64,000 bases of DNA from Chrysomallon squamiferum (GCA_012295275.1 CM022679.1:8060001-8124000), one strand, 5' to 3'; positions 38,279 to 49,884 are shown, numbered from the stretch's first letter. A program made the numbers and translations. Notes: generated by a model from the sequence alone, not told the origin.

Positions 38279-40198
38279 TCAAGGTGAAGCTGCAGTCAGT
38301 AAAGTGATGTAACACAGCGCAAAGCGTGGCGTGAGAAAACCTGCAGAATTCGTCGAGTCTACCGGATCAGTGTCTACCGGCTCCGGAAAGAAGTCCGGTC
38401 TTTTCCAAGGTGTCACCGGATCTCCCACCACTACGACAAATGATGTCAGAGGTGTCACAAAGCGATACTTCAGCGATATTTCCTGAGCCAAGCGTTCATA
38501 TTTGTTCGCTTCTTCGGTTGTGTCCGCTACGGCCATTTTCTTCAAGAGATCTTTAACTCTGAGGTAAGCGTAGAGTTTACAGATTCTGTCGGAATCTTCT
38601 TGCTTGTTCAGTTTCGTGTTCACATTCAGGACAATCTGACCGGTCTTTGTTAATGCAGTAACGGTAACGTTAATTGTCTTCGTAGTGTCGTTTATTTTGC
38701 CGGCAGTAACAAGTTCAGTGCCGTCAAAATACTGGAGGTACTTGTTCTGTGTCACTTCAGCACTGTCGAAATTGTAGTTTATCGCGATATTGACCAACAC
38801 GGGACTTTCTATTTGAGAAAAGAAAGCAGTAAGCTGCTTTTCAGCATCTTGATCGTCGTAAATTCTGACAATGTCGCCGTTATTTTCCCAAGACAGTTTC
38901 TTCAAAAACTCGAAATCTAAATTAAATCCAAAAGCCAGTGAGAATATCGCAATTTGTTTCGTTCCATTGTTTGCTTTTCTCACGTTGTCTTGAATTGTCT
39001 TGAGATTAGTGACACCTGCAGAAGGTTGTCCGTCCGACAGAAACATAATGAGATTAGCTCGTGTTCCTGAAAGACTGAATGATGTTTGCAGTGAGCGGAT
39101 GGCCTCCAACAAAGCCGAATTAATGTTTGTGGAACCACCTGCTATTACGTTTTGTTCTACATACTGTTTGGCTAATGTAATATTTTCGCTGTTTGCAACT
39201 TGCGGTTCTTGGCGCCATTTCCTAACATTTCCGTTGAACAAGATTAAGTTAAAAACATCTTCTGGCCGGAGCTTGTCAAATATGATCAAGAGTGATTCTC
39301 TTGTACGATTTATTTTATTGCCTGACATCGATCCACTGATATCTATAAGAAACATAATGTTTTTGTTCAAAGGCGGAAGATCACTCGGTGCCAGAAAGTG
39401 AACGAAACAGCCGTTGTTGATGATCATCACTCCTCCGTCTCGTTTCTGGTTCACATCATACTCAACCTCAAATTCAACATTCATTCCAGTCAGATTATTG
39501 TACATAATTTGCTCTGCAGCTGATGGTTTGTAGTAGATTGTTCTAGAATCGGGAGACTCTCGAAGTTTTACACTGTCTCTGGAAACTGTAATGTTCTGAG
39601 TTCCGTTGCGAAGCTGAAAGTCAAATTGTTTGAAACCTTGTGGTTCCTCGAATTCTGCTTTTAATATAAGATCGCGAACAATTTGTTGAGGCTGGATAAT
39701 GAATCTCTGAACGTATCGAGAAAGTTTGCGTTTTAGCAGTTCTTGGTAAGTGAGGTGAATCGAAACCTGAGAGTCTGCCGCCACACTGAAGCTAACCTTG
39801 TACGCATCCATATCTCTTTTTTCTGATCTTCCGAGTTGATTGATTTGCCAAGCTGTTTGACCTTTTCCTTTTGCTTCGTCATATTTCTGTGTTTCATTCT
39901 TAGCGTACAGTTTTCCTAAATAAGCCGATCCATTAATCACCATGTAGAAAGTAGAAATAAAAGCAGTTTCTGGAATCTGAAACACGATCGATGTGTCTTT
40001 GCTTTCATTCCCTCTGTTGATCATGCTGCTGTAAACATTAACGATTGCGAATCTCGATTCAACTTTAGACCAGATGTGAAATTCAGTTATTTCAATTTTG
40101 TTACCCTCATTAGCTGCTTTTCCATTCGAGTTTATCTCTGCCAGAATTTGAGAGAATAAAATACACAAGCTAAGTAAATGTAGTGGACGTTTCATCAT
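38279..40198 (-). CDS. ITIH: ITIH-like VIT-vWA protein, copy A, intronless, 639 aa, signal peptide + predicted GPI signal
   Basis: Uninterrupted ORF. Signal peptide MMKRPLHLLSLCILFSQILA, VIT domain, MIDAS DISGS/GST/SDG, FVTPLTS. C-terminal NSAG-FLTPR-FALCYITLLTAASP. Confidence 0.94.
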   Translation of the reverse strand: MMKRPLHLLSLCILFSQILAEINSNGKAANEGNKIEITEFHIWSKVESRFAIVNVYSSMINRGNESKDTSIVFQIPETAFISTFYMVINGSAYLGKLYAKNETQKYDEAKGKGQTAWQINQLGRSEKRDMDAYKVSFSVAADSQVSIHLTYQELLKRKLSRYVQRFIIQPQQIVRDLILKAEFEEPQGFKQFDFQLRNGTQNITVSRDSVKLRESPDSRTIYYKPSAAEQIMYNNLTGMNVEFEVEYDVNQKRDGGVMIINNGCFVHFLAPSDLPPLNKNIMFLIDISGSMSGNKINRTRESLLIIFDKLRPEDVFNLILFNGNVRKWRQEPQVANSENITLAKQYVEQNVIAGGSTNINSALLEAIRSLQTSFSLSGTRANLIMFLSDGQPSAGVTNLKTIQDNVRKANNGTKQIAIFSLAFGFNLDFEFLKKLSWENNGDIVRIYDDQDAEKQLTAFFSQIESPVLVNIAINYNFDSAEVTQNKYLQYFDGTELVTAGKINDTTKTINVTVTALTKTGQIVLNVNTKLNKQEDSDRICKLYAYLRVKDLLKKMAVADTTEEANKYERLAQEISLKYRFVTPLTSFVVVVGDPVTPWKRPDFFPEPVDTDPVDSTNSAGFLTPRFALCYITLLTAASP

Positions 40199-43100
40199 AA
40201 TAATTCTCTTCCAACAGTTGCGCTAGTGGAGTTAAACGTCTTTCTCTGCTGCCTGTTAAAAGCTTTTTAAAAAGATGAGTGATCTCCTAGTTCAGTTTAT
40301 GTCGTTTATTATTTACAAGAAGGAAGTTACCGAAGAGAAGAATAGAGAAAAGACACGCCCAGATGAATTAAATATTTCTTTATTCAAAGAGAAATCTGAT
40401 ACCTTTTTCAAATGCAGAATCAAGCTGATACAAATCCTGATTCAATTAATAGCGTAATAACATAATTTAATTTTGTATCACTGAAACAGGAATGCTTTCT
40501 TCATTCAAGTAATGTATAAAATAAATAATAAAAAATAATAATAATAATAAACATATTTGTGATTCCACAAGTACGATGCGTCATGATAAATTGTGTAATG
40601 TGTTTGTTATATTAAGAAAGAATCGTAATAAATGATTTGCTTTCTGATTTAACAAACAAGTAAAAAATCAAACATAATCTGAAAGCAATTATAGTGTTGT
40701 GTTTTTAAACAAGTATAATTAGTAAACCCACACACCCCACACACATATATTACATATAGATTATTTCTATTGTTCAATAGAAACTATCCATTGAATGCTG
40801 ACTGAAATTTTACTTGCCATTTCAAAAATAAAATTTTGTATCTAATAGCATATTGTTTGAAATTGTTGATTAAAATGTCATCTCCGTTTTCATGTAATAA
40901 GAAGAGTTGTTTATATTCTTTTAATTTTGTTCATCATCAGTGTCAGAATAATTCATTTTTCATCCTTATTTCTCAAATTTTAATAATAATAATAATAATA
41001 ATAATAATGATGATGACGATGATGATGATAATAATAAATAAATAAACAAACAAATACACAAAAAATAAATAAATAAATTTAAGGACCCATGCTTATTTAT
41101 TCTGCAGCATTGTGTTACCTACCATCCGCTTACATATCAGTGTTTGAATCATGTCCACAGGATATAAACTAAGTCAAAGTTATTATGTATGTAACAAATA
41201 ATTTAATTTTTATCACGGAGCAATTCCGGTGAGTAATGCCATGCAATAATAAAAATAACTGAACAAAATAAATTAACTATTAAAATGACCAAAAGATTAA
41301 ATGATGAAATATAATAAGAACATTTATTTTAGAAGGTATTAAATAAAATAAATAAACTAAAGTAAATAAAATAATAAATCAAATAAACAAACAAAGAAGC
41401 CATTAATTAAATTAATATAATAATTAAGTATAAGATAAAATAATAAAAATGAGAAATCAATCAAAATAAATGAAACGAAATATGATTTAAAATTTCAGTG
41501 ATCTCCTAGTGCAATTTATATCGTTTAATATTTACAGCAAGGAAGTTAGCGAAGAGAAGAATAGAGAAAAAAGCTATATGAACGGTTGACTTGCTGCCAA
41601 AAAAATCCCCTACAAAAACCCCTTTTGATCAACGATAAAATGTATGTTTCTTTTAAAGGTGAAAAAGAAAAGTGTATAATAGACCACAAGGTGAGGTATA
41701 TATTTTTATACAAGGAAGTTAGTAGTTTATAACTTAGTGAACAATGCAAGTACGAAAAATTCTCACGTTAGTCAAAGAGTATGTTAAAGTACAAACCATT
41801 TTAATTCACATAAAAGAAAAATATTAGACCGAATGTGTACAGTTTACTTCTATCTTTCTGAAAATATCTCTTACAAATAAAATAAATAAAAAGCAAAATA
41901 ACATGTCATCTGTGAGTCTTCAAAAATAAATTGTTAATAAATAAATAAATGAGAAAACGAGGAGACAGAAAGACAGACAGACAGATAGATGCATTATGGA
42001 TGGATGGATAAACGGACGGATAGACAAACATATAGATAGATAGACAGACAGATAGGCAGACAGACAACGAGACAGATATGTTAAATAATGTTTATATTTA
42101 AAAAAACCCAGCTGAAACATTAAACTATCCAATAACTGTCTTAGGTCTTCACTCGTGTGTCATCCATGCATTTATGTTTCGGTATAACCAGCTGAAAACA
42201 TCGATGTACTTTCTTTTAAACTTAGATGCTTCAGTACTTCTCAATGTTCAGCTGTCAAAATAAACTTGGAATAATAAATCTGAAGTATGCCCCTATCCCA
42301 AACAATGTAAATTTTCACCAGTTATTTGTAATTTTAAGTATTTTTATTTTACTTTGTTCAAGCGCTGGATAGGATACATGTCGATACAAAATATGATTTC
42401 AGACAACATAAAAATAAATGTTCGCTTCAATAAATCAGTTCTTCAATAGTGATTTATTTTCAGACACATTTACATTTATTTACATTCTAAACAAAACACG
42501 AAGAAAAATAAGATAATAACAAATAAATTAATAAATATATAAATTTTGAAGACACATGCTTACATATTTTGAAGCATTCTGAAAACAAAAAAATGTGTAC
42601 CAACCATCTGCTTACATATCAGTGTTTGAATTATGTCCACAAGATACTAAGTCAAAGTTATTGTGTATGTAACGAATAATTACATAACTGAACAATCGCA
42701 GTGAGTAATGTCATGTAATAATAAAAATAACTGAATAAAATAAATTAACCTTTAAATTGAACAAAAGATTTCATAATGAAAAATAATAGGAATATTTGTT
42801 TTAAAAGGTGTTAAATAAAATAAATAAAGTAAATAAAATAATGAAATAAAACAAACAAACAAACAAATAATTAAATAAATAAATAAATGTATATTTGAAT
42901 AGATATTATAATTATGTATAAGGTAAAAGAAAAAATGACAAATCAATCAAATTCAATAAAATGAAAATAAATAAATAAAAGTAATTTTAAAAGTAACATA
43001 AATATACAAAATATAATTTTAAAATAGTATTAAAGACTAAAAATGTAAAATAGAAGAGAAATCATTATTTATTCACAGCAAAAGAACAACAACTTCTTTC

Positions 43101-44081
43101 CTAATTGTTCAAGGAAATCTAATAATATACCTAATAAATAACAAACCACATGTGAAACTTTAAAATTATTTATTAATAGATTAACATTCCATGTACAAAA
43201 TATATTAATTTATTTATTTAAGGAAACAGATATAAAAAAGGCAAGAAACAATAAAACAGAAGTAAAAAAGGAAGAAAGAAGTAAAAAGTAATCTAGATTA
43301 TTGCATTTTAAATTATTTCACTGTAATTCTTCCTCTAATCTTTCTCATAACATTTTATTAACAATTCGTAACTAATTTATCTTATGATTTTGCTAATTTT
43401 CGTTTTACTCACTGGAAAATATTTTCGTTTACGCATTTAGTTGAATTATTCACCATTTTAACAAGCAATGTCCTAGAAACAGCGTTTGGCATGACAGTAT
43501 CTTTGACAGTTAAAGGGAGAGAATTCTGGGTTTGATCACTTAAAAAATTAACAAATCTTCAGACATAATACTTTACCTGATCTGTTATTTCTACATCTGA
43601 ATTAAAAATATTCTGTAATCTCAAGCAGTAACTAAGAAACTCTCTGTAACATTGGTAAAACATTATTCTGAAATATGTTTGGTCGGAGGATCAAATCTCC
43701 TTGGTTCTGCATCTGGACTATTTTTAACTATCGTTAACAGTATAGACCTGATGAAGGCAAATGAAGACATATAAATGTTGATATGTTTTGTGACAATAAT
43801 TGATATGGAGAGCCCAAATTCTATTTTCTTGTTGGATATTGTCATGTAAGTCAGGTAAAAATCATTCAAATCTATAAAATCTTAAATATTAGTAGGTTAA
43901 TTTATGAAGAATAAACAAATAATCCGTCTAGCAAAAGATTAATAAATATCTAAATATATACTCTATGGATATAGAGACAAAATACAATTTACACAAAAGG
44001 TCTCTATAAAATAATGAGCCTAATAAGGAAACTAAAGAAGAAAATAAAAAGCAGGTAGTAGAAATTAATGTATACTTCTGA

Positions 44082-44113
<32 letters not shown>

Positions 44114-44435
44114 TAAATTCATTAAAATTCACATTAAAATACTCTAGAAAATAACATAACCTGAACATAAAGTTTTGGAAATAATAAAAATAAGAAGTAG
44201 AAATTAGTATATTGTAGATGTATTTTAAAGTACTATAGCAAATAATATAGCATTAAAATAAACTATAAAGAAACTAAAGAAATGATAAAAGCAAGTACTA
44301 GAAAGTAATACACACGATCTTTTAATAACTGATAATAATCTGGATATATTTTAAATCCACTGTCCTATGATTAAGTACAGATTTAGATCTTGTTTCTGAT
44401 GTACTGTAGATTATAATTATTGAAAATGTCAAAGT

Positions 44436-46355
44436 TCAAGGTGAAGCTGCAGTCAGTAAAGTGATGTAACACAACGCAAAGCGTGGCGTGAGAAAACCTG
44501 CAGAATTCGTTGAGTCTACCGGATCAGTGTCTACCGGCTCCGGAAAGAATTCCGGTCTTTCCCAAGGTGTTACCGGATCTCCCACCACTACGACAAATGA
44601 CGTCAGAGGTGTCACAAAGCGATACTTCAGAGACATTTCCTGAGCCAAGCGTTCATATCTGTTCGCTTCTTCACTTGTTTCCGCTATGGCCATTTTCTTC
44701 AAGAGATCTTTAACTCTGAGGTAAGCGTAGAGTTTACAGATTCTGTCGGAATCTTCTTGCTTGTTCAGTTTCGTGTTCACTTTCAGGACAATCTGACCGG
44801 TCTTTGTTAATGCAGTAACGGTAACGTTAATTGTCTTCGTAGTGTCGTTTATTTTGCCGGCAGTAACAAGTTCAGTGCCGTCAAAATACTGGAGGTATTT
44901 ATTCTGTGTCACTTCAGCGCTGTCGAAATTAAAGTTTATGACGATATTGAGCAACAAGGGAGTTTCTATTTGAAAAAAGAAATCAGTAAGCTGCTTATCA
45001 GCATGTTCATCGACGTAAATTCTGACACACTTGCCGTTATTGTCCAAGGACAGTTTTTCTAAAAACTCGAAATCTAAATCAAATCCAAAAGCCAGTGAGA
45101 ATATCGCAATTTGCGTCGTACCACTGTTTGCTTTCCGCACGTTGTCTTGAATTGTCTTAAGGACAGTGACCCCTTCAGTAGGTTCTCCATCCGACAGAAA
45201 CATAATGAGATTAGCTCGTGTTCCTGAAAGACTGAATGATGTTTGAAGTGAGCGGATGGCCTCCAACAAAGCCAAATTAATATTTGTGGAACCACCTGCT
45301 ATTACATTTTGTTCTACGTACTGTTTGGCTGATTTAATATTCTCGCTGTTTGCGACTTGCGGTTCTTGGCGCCATTTTATGACAGTTCCATTGAACAAGA
45401 TTAAGTTAAAAATATCTTCTTGCCGGAGCTTGTCAAATATGATCAAGAGTGATTCTCTTGTCTGATTTGTTTTATTGCCCGCCATCGATCCACTGATATC
45501 TATAAGAAATATAATGTTTTTGTTCAAAGGCGAAAGATCGCTGGGTGCCAGATAGTGAACGAAACAGCCGTTGTTGATGATCATCACTCCTCCGTCTCGT
45601 TTCTGGTTCACATCATACTGAACCTCAAATTCAACATTCATTCCACTCTGGTTATTGAACATAATTTGCTCTGCAGCTGATGGTTTGTAGTAGATGGTTC
45701 TAGAATCGGGAGACTCTCGAAGTTTTACACTGTCTCTGGAAACTGTCATGTTCTGAGTTCCGTTGCGAAGCTGAAAGTCAAATTGTTTGAAACCTTGTGG
45801 TTCCTCAAATTCTGCTTTTAATATAAGATCGCGAACAATTTGTTGAGGCTGAATAATGAATCTCTGAACGTATCGAGAAAGTTTGCGTTTTAGCAGTTCT
45901 TGATAAGTGAGGTGAATCGAAACCTCAGAGTCTGCCGCCACACTGAAGCTAACCTTGTACGCATCCATACCTCTTTTTTCTGATCTTCCGAGTTGATTGA
46001 TTTGCCAGGCTGTTTGACCTTTTTCTTTTGCATCGTCATATTTCTGTGTTTCATTCTTAGCGTACAGATTTCCCAAATAAGCCGATCCATTAATCACCAT
46101 GTAGAAAGTAGAAATAAACGCAGTTTCTGGAATCTGAAACACGATCGATGTGTCTTTGCTTTCATTCCCTTTGTTGATCATGCTGCTGTAGACATTAACG
46201 ATTGCGAATCTCGATTCAACTTTAGACCAGATGTGAAATTCAGTTATTTCAATTTTGTTACCCTCATTAGCAGCTTTTCCATTCGAGTTTATCTCTGCCA
46301 GAACTGGAGAGAATAAAATACACAAGCTAAGTAAATGTAGTGAGCGTTTCATCAT
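44436..46355 (-). CDS. ITIH: ITIH-like VIT-vWA protein, copy B, intronless, 639 aa
   Basis: Same architecture as copy A. First ATG at 46355; the ORF track's start at 46382 is a TTG. Confidence 0.94.
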   Translation of the reverse strand: MMKRSLHLLSLCILFSPVLAEINSNGKAANEGNKIEITEFHIWSKVESRFAIVNVYSSMINKGNESKDTSIVFQIPETAFISTFYMVINGSAYLGNLYAKNETQKYDDAKEKGQTAWQINQLGRSEKRGMDAYKVSFSVAADSEVSIHLTYQELLKRKLSRYVQRFIIQPQQIVRDLILKAEFEEPQGFKQFDFQLRNGTQNMTVSRDSVKLRESPDSRTIYYKPSAAEQIMFNNQSGMNVEFEVQYDVNQKRDGGVMIINNGCFVHYLAPSDLSPLNKNIIFLIDISGSMAGNKTNQTRESLLIIFDKLRQEDIFNLILFNGTVIKWRQEPQVANSENIKSAKQYVEQNVIAGGSTNINLALLEAIRSLQTSFSLSGTRANLIMFLSDGEPTEGVTVLKTIQDNVRKANSGTTQIAIFSLAFGFDLDFEFLEKLSLDNNGKCVRIYVDEHADKQLTDFFFQIETPLLLNIVINFNFDSAEVTQNKYLQYFDGTELVTAGKINDTTKTINVTVTALTKTGQIVLKVNTKLNKQEDSDRICKLYAYLRVKDLLKKMAIAETSEEANRYERLAQEMSLKYRFVTPLTSFVVVVGDPVTPWERPEFFPEPVDTDPVDSTNSAGFLTPRFALCYITLLTAASP

Positions 46356-46492
46356 TATAATTCTCTTCCAACAGTTGCGCAAGTGGAGTTAAACGTCTTT
46401 CTCTGCTGCCTGTTAAAAGCTTTTAAAAATATGAGTGAGCTCCTTGTTCAGTTTATGTCGTTTATTATACAAGGAAGTTACCGAAGAGAAAT

Positions 46493-47372
46493 ATCCCCTA
46501 CAAAAAAACCCTTTTGATGAACGATATAATGTATGTTTCTTTTAAAGGTGAAAAAGAAAAGTATATAATAGACCACAAGGTGAGGTATATATTTTATACA
46601 AGGAAGATAGTATTTTATAGCTTAATGAACAATGCAAGTACCAAAAATTCTCACGTTAGTCAAAGTGTATGTTAAAGTACAAACCATTTTAATTTACATA
46701 AAAGAAAAATATTAGATCGAATGTGTACAGTTTACTTCTATCTTATTGAAAATAACTGTTACAAATAAAATAAATAAAAAGGAAAATAACATGTCATTGG
46801 TGAGTCTTCAAAAATAAATTGTTAGTAAATAAATAAATGAGAAAACGAGGAGACAGAAAGACAGAGAGACACATAGGCAGATAGATGCATAGGTGGATGG
46901 ATGCATAAACGGACGGATAGACGAACATATACATAGATAGACAGACAGATAAAATTTATATTAAAAAACCCAGCTTAAACATTAAACTATCCAATAACTG
47001 TCTTAGATCTTCACTCGTGTGTCATCCATACATTTATGTTTCGTTATAACCAGCTGAAAACATCGATGCACATTCTTTTAAACTCAGATGCTTCAGTACT
47101 TCTCAGTGTTCAACTGTCAAAATAAATTTGGAATAATAAATCTGAATGTATGCCCCTATCCCAAACAATGTAAATTTTTCACCAGTTATTTGTAATTTTA
47201 AGTATTTTTATATCACTTTCTTCAAACGCTGGATAGGATCAATGTCGATACAAGATATGATTTCAGACAACATAAATATAAATGTTGTCTTCAATAAATC
47301 AGTTCTTCTATATTGATTTATTTTCAGACACATTTACTTTTCTTAACATTCTAAACAAAACACCAAGTAAAA

Positions 47373-47403
<31 letters not shown>

Positions 47404-49884
47404 ATTAATTAATTAATTAATTAATAAATTGTTTTTAAAGATACATGCTGACTTAGTTTTAAGCATTGTGAAAACAAATGTCACTAACCATCTGTTTAAA
47501 TATCAGTATTTGAATTATGTCCACAAAATACTAAGTCAAAGTTATTATGTATGTAACGAATAATTTAATTTCCATAACTCAACAATCGCGGTGAATAATG
47601 TCATGTAATACTAAAATGACTGAATAAAATAAATTAACCTTTAAATTGAACAAAAGATTACGTTATGAAATATAATAGGAATACTTGTTTTAAAAGGTAT
47701 TTAACAAAATAAATAACTAACATGAATAAAATAATGAAATAAAACAAAGTTACAAACAAATAATTAAATAAATAAATAAACGTATAATTAAATAAATATA
47801 ATAATTAAGTATAAGATAAAAGAAAAAATGACAATACAATCAAATTCAATAAAATGAAAATAAATAAATAAAAGTAATTAATAAAAGTAAAATAAATGAA
47901 ACAAAATATGATTTAAAATATGAATGATCTCCTAGTGCAATTCATATCGTTTAATATTTACAGCAAGGAAGTTATCGAAGAGAAGAATAGAAAAAAGAAC
48001 TATTTGAAACCTTTTATCAGCTGTAGTATAAAAGCTGTTACAAGTCCTGTTTTTATTAACAGCATATTAGCATAATTTATTTTCATACCAGAGAAACAAG
48101 AACGATTTGAAAAAACCTAAAAATCCTAAATAAAGGGGCACTTCTGAAATTTTAGGGGGGTCAGGACATCTTGGATCTCCCCTCTAGATCCGCGACAGAG
48201 CCACACAGAAGGAGACACACCTATCCAGTTGCCTTCGGCAAAGATCGAACGGTTGACTTGCTGCAAAAAAAAATCCCCCTACAAAAATCACCTTTTGATC
48301 AACGATAAAATGTATGTTTCTTTTAGAGGTGAAAAAGAAAAGTGTATAATAGACCACAAGGTGAGGTATATATTTTTATACAAGGAAGTTAGCATTTTAT
48401 AGCTTAGTGAACAATGCAAGTATCAAAAATTGTCACGTTAGTCAAAGTGTATGTTAAAGTACAAACCATTTTAATTTACATTAAATATATATATATTAGG
48501 CAGAATGTGAACAGTTTACTTCTATCTTTTTGAAAATAACTCTTACAAATAAAATAAATAAAAAGCAAAATGACTACATTGGTGAGTCTTCAAAAACAAA
48601 TTTTTATAAATAAATCAATAAATAAATCAATAAATATAGATAAATGCAAAAAAGGACGGACAGACAAGCATATAGATAGATAGACAGACAGATAGGCAGA
48701 CAGACAGTGAGACAGATATGTTAAATAATGTTTATATTTTTAAAAACCCAGCTTGAACATTAAATTACAAATAACTGTCTTAGGTCTTCACTCGTGTGTC
48801 ATCCATGCATTTATGTTTCGTTATAACCAGCTCAAAACATCGATGTACATTCTTTTAAACTTCGACGCTTCAGTACTTCTCAATGTTCAGCTGTCAAAAT
48901 AAACTTGGAGTAATAAATCTGAAGTATGCTCCTATCCCAAACAATGTATATTTTTCACCAGTTATTTGTAATTTTAAGTATTTTTATTTCACTTTGTTCA
49001 AACGTAGGATAGGATCAATGTCGATACAAGATATGATTTCAGACAACATAAATATAAATGTTGCCTTCAATAAATCAGTTCTTCAATATTGATTTATTTT
49101 CAGACACATTTACATTTATTTACATTCTAAACAAAACACCAAGAAAAATAAGATAATAAATAAATAAATAAATAAATTTTAAAGACACATGCTTACATAT
49201 TTTTAAGCACTGTGAAAACAAAAAAATGTGTACCAACCATCTGCTTACATATCAGTGTTTGAATTATGTCCACAAGATACTAAGTCAAAGTTATTATGTA
49301 TGTAACGAATAATTACATAACTGAACAATCGCTGTGACTAATGCCATCTATTAATAAAAAATAACTGAATAAAATAAATTAATCTTTAAATTGAATAAAA
49401 GATCACATATAATAGGAACAGTTATTTAAAAAAAAAAAAAAAAAAATAAATAAACTAAAGTAAATAAAATAATGAAATAAAACAAAGAAACAAACAAATA
49501 ATTAATAAATAAATAAACGTATAATTAAATAAATATATTAATTAAGTATAAGATAAAAGAAAAAATGACAAATCAATCAAATTCAATAAAATGAAAATAA
49601 ATAAACAAAATTAATTTTAAAAGTAAAATAAATGAAACAAAATATGATTTAAAATATGAATGATCTCCTAGATCAATTTATATTTTTTAATATTTACAGC
49701 AAGGAAGTTATCGAAGAGAAGAATAGAAAAAATAACCTATTTGAAACCTTTTATCAGCTGTGCTATAAAAGCTGTTACAAGTCCTGTTTTCATTAATAGC
49801 ATATTAACATAATTTATTTTCATACCAGAGAAACCAGAACGATTTGAAAAAACTTAAAAATCCTAAATAAAGGGGCACTTCTGA
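46493..49884. repeat. Tandem duplication of a ~1.65-kb intergenic spacer unit (46493-48154 and 48273-49884)
   Basis: Both units start atcccctacaaaaa..ccttttgat and end aatcctaaataaaggggcacttctga. A third, partial copy lies at ~41605-42990. Confidence 0.88.

Noticed and set aside
46356-46382. 9-aa N-terminal extension MRNCWKRII in copies B, C, D
   Set aside because: It starts at TTG; copy A has TAG at that position; the ATG-ATG directly precedes the signal peptide.
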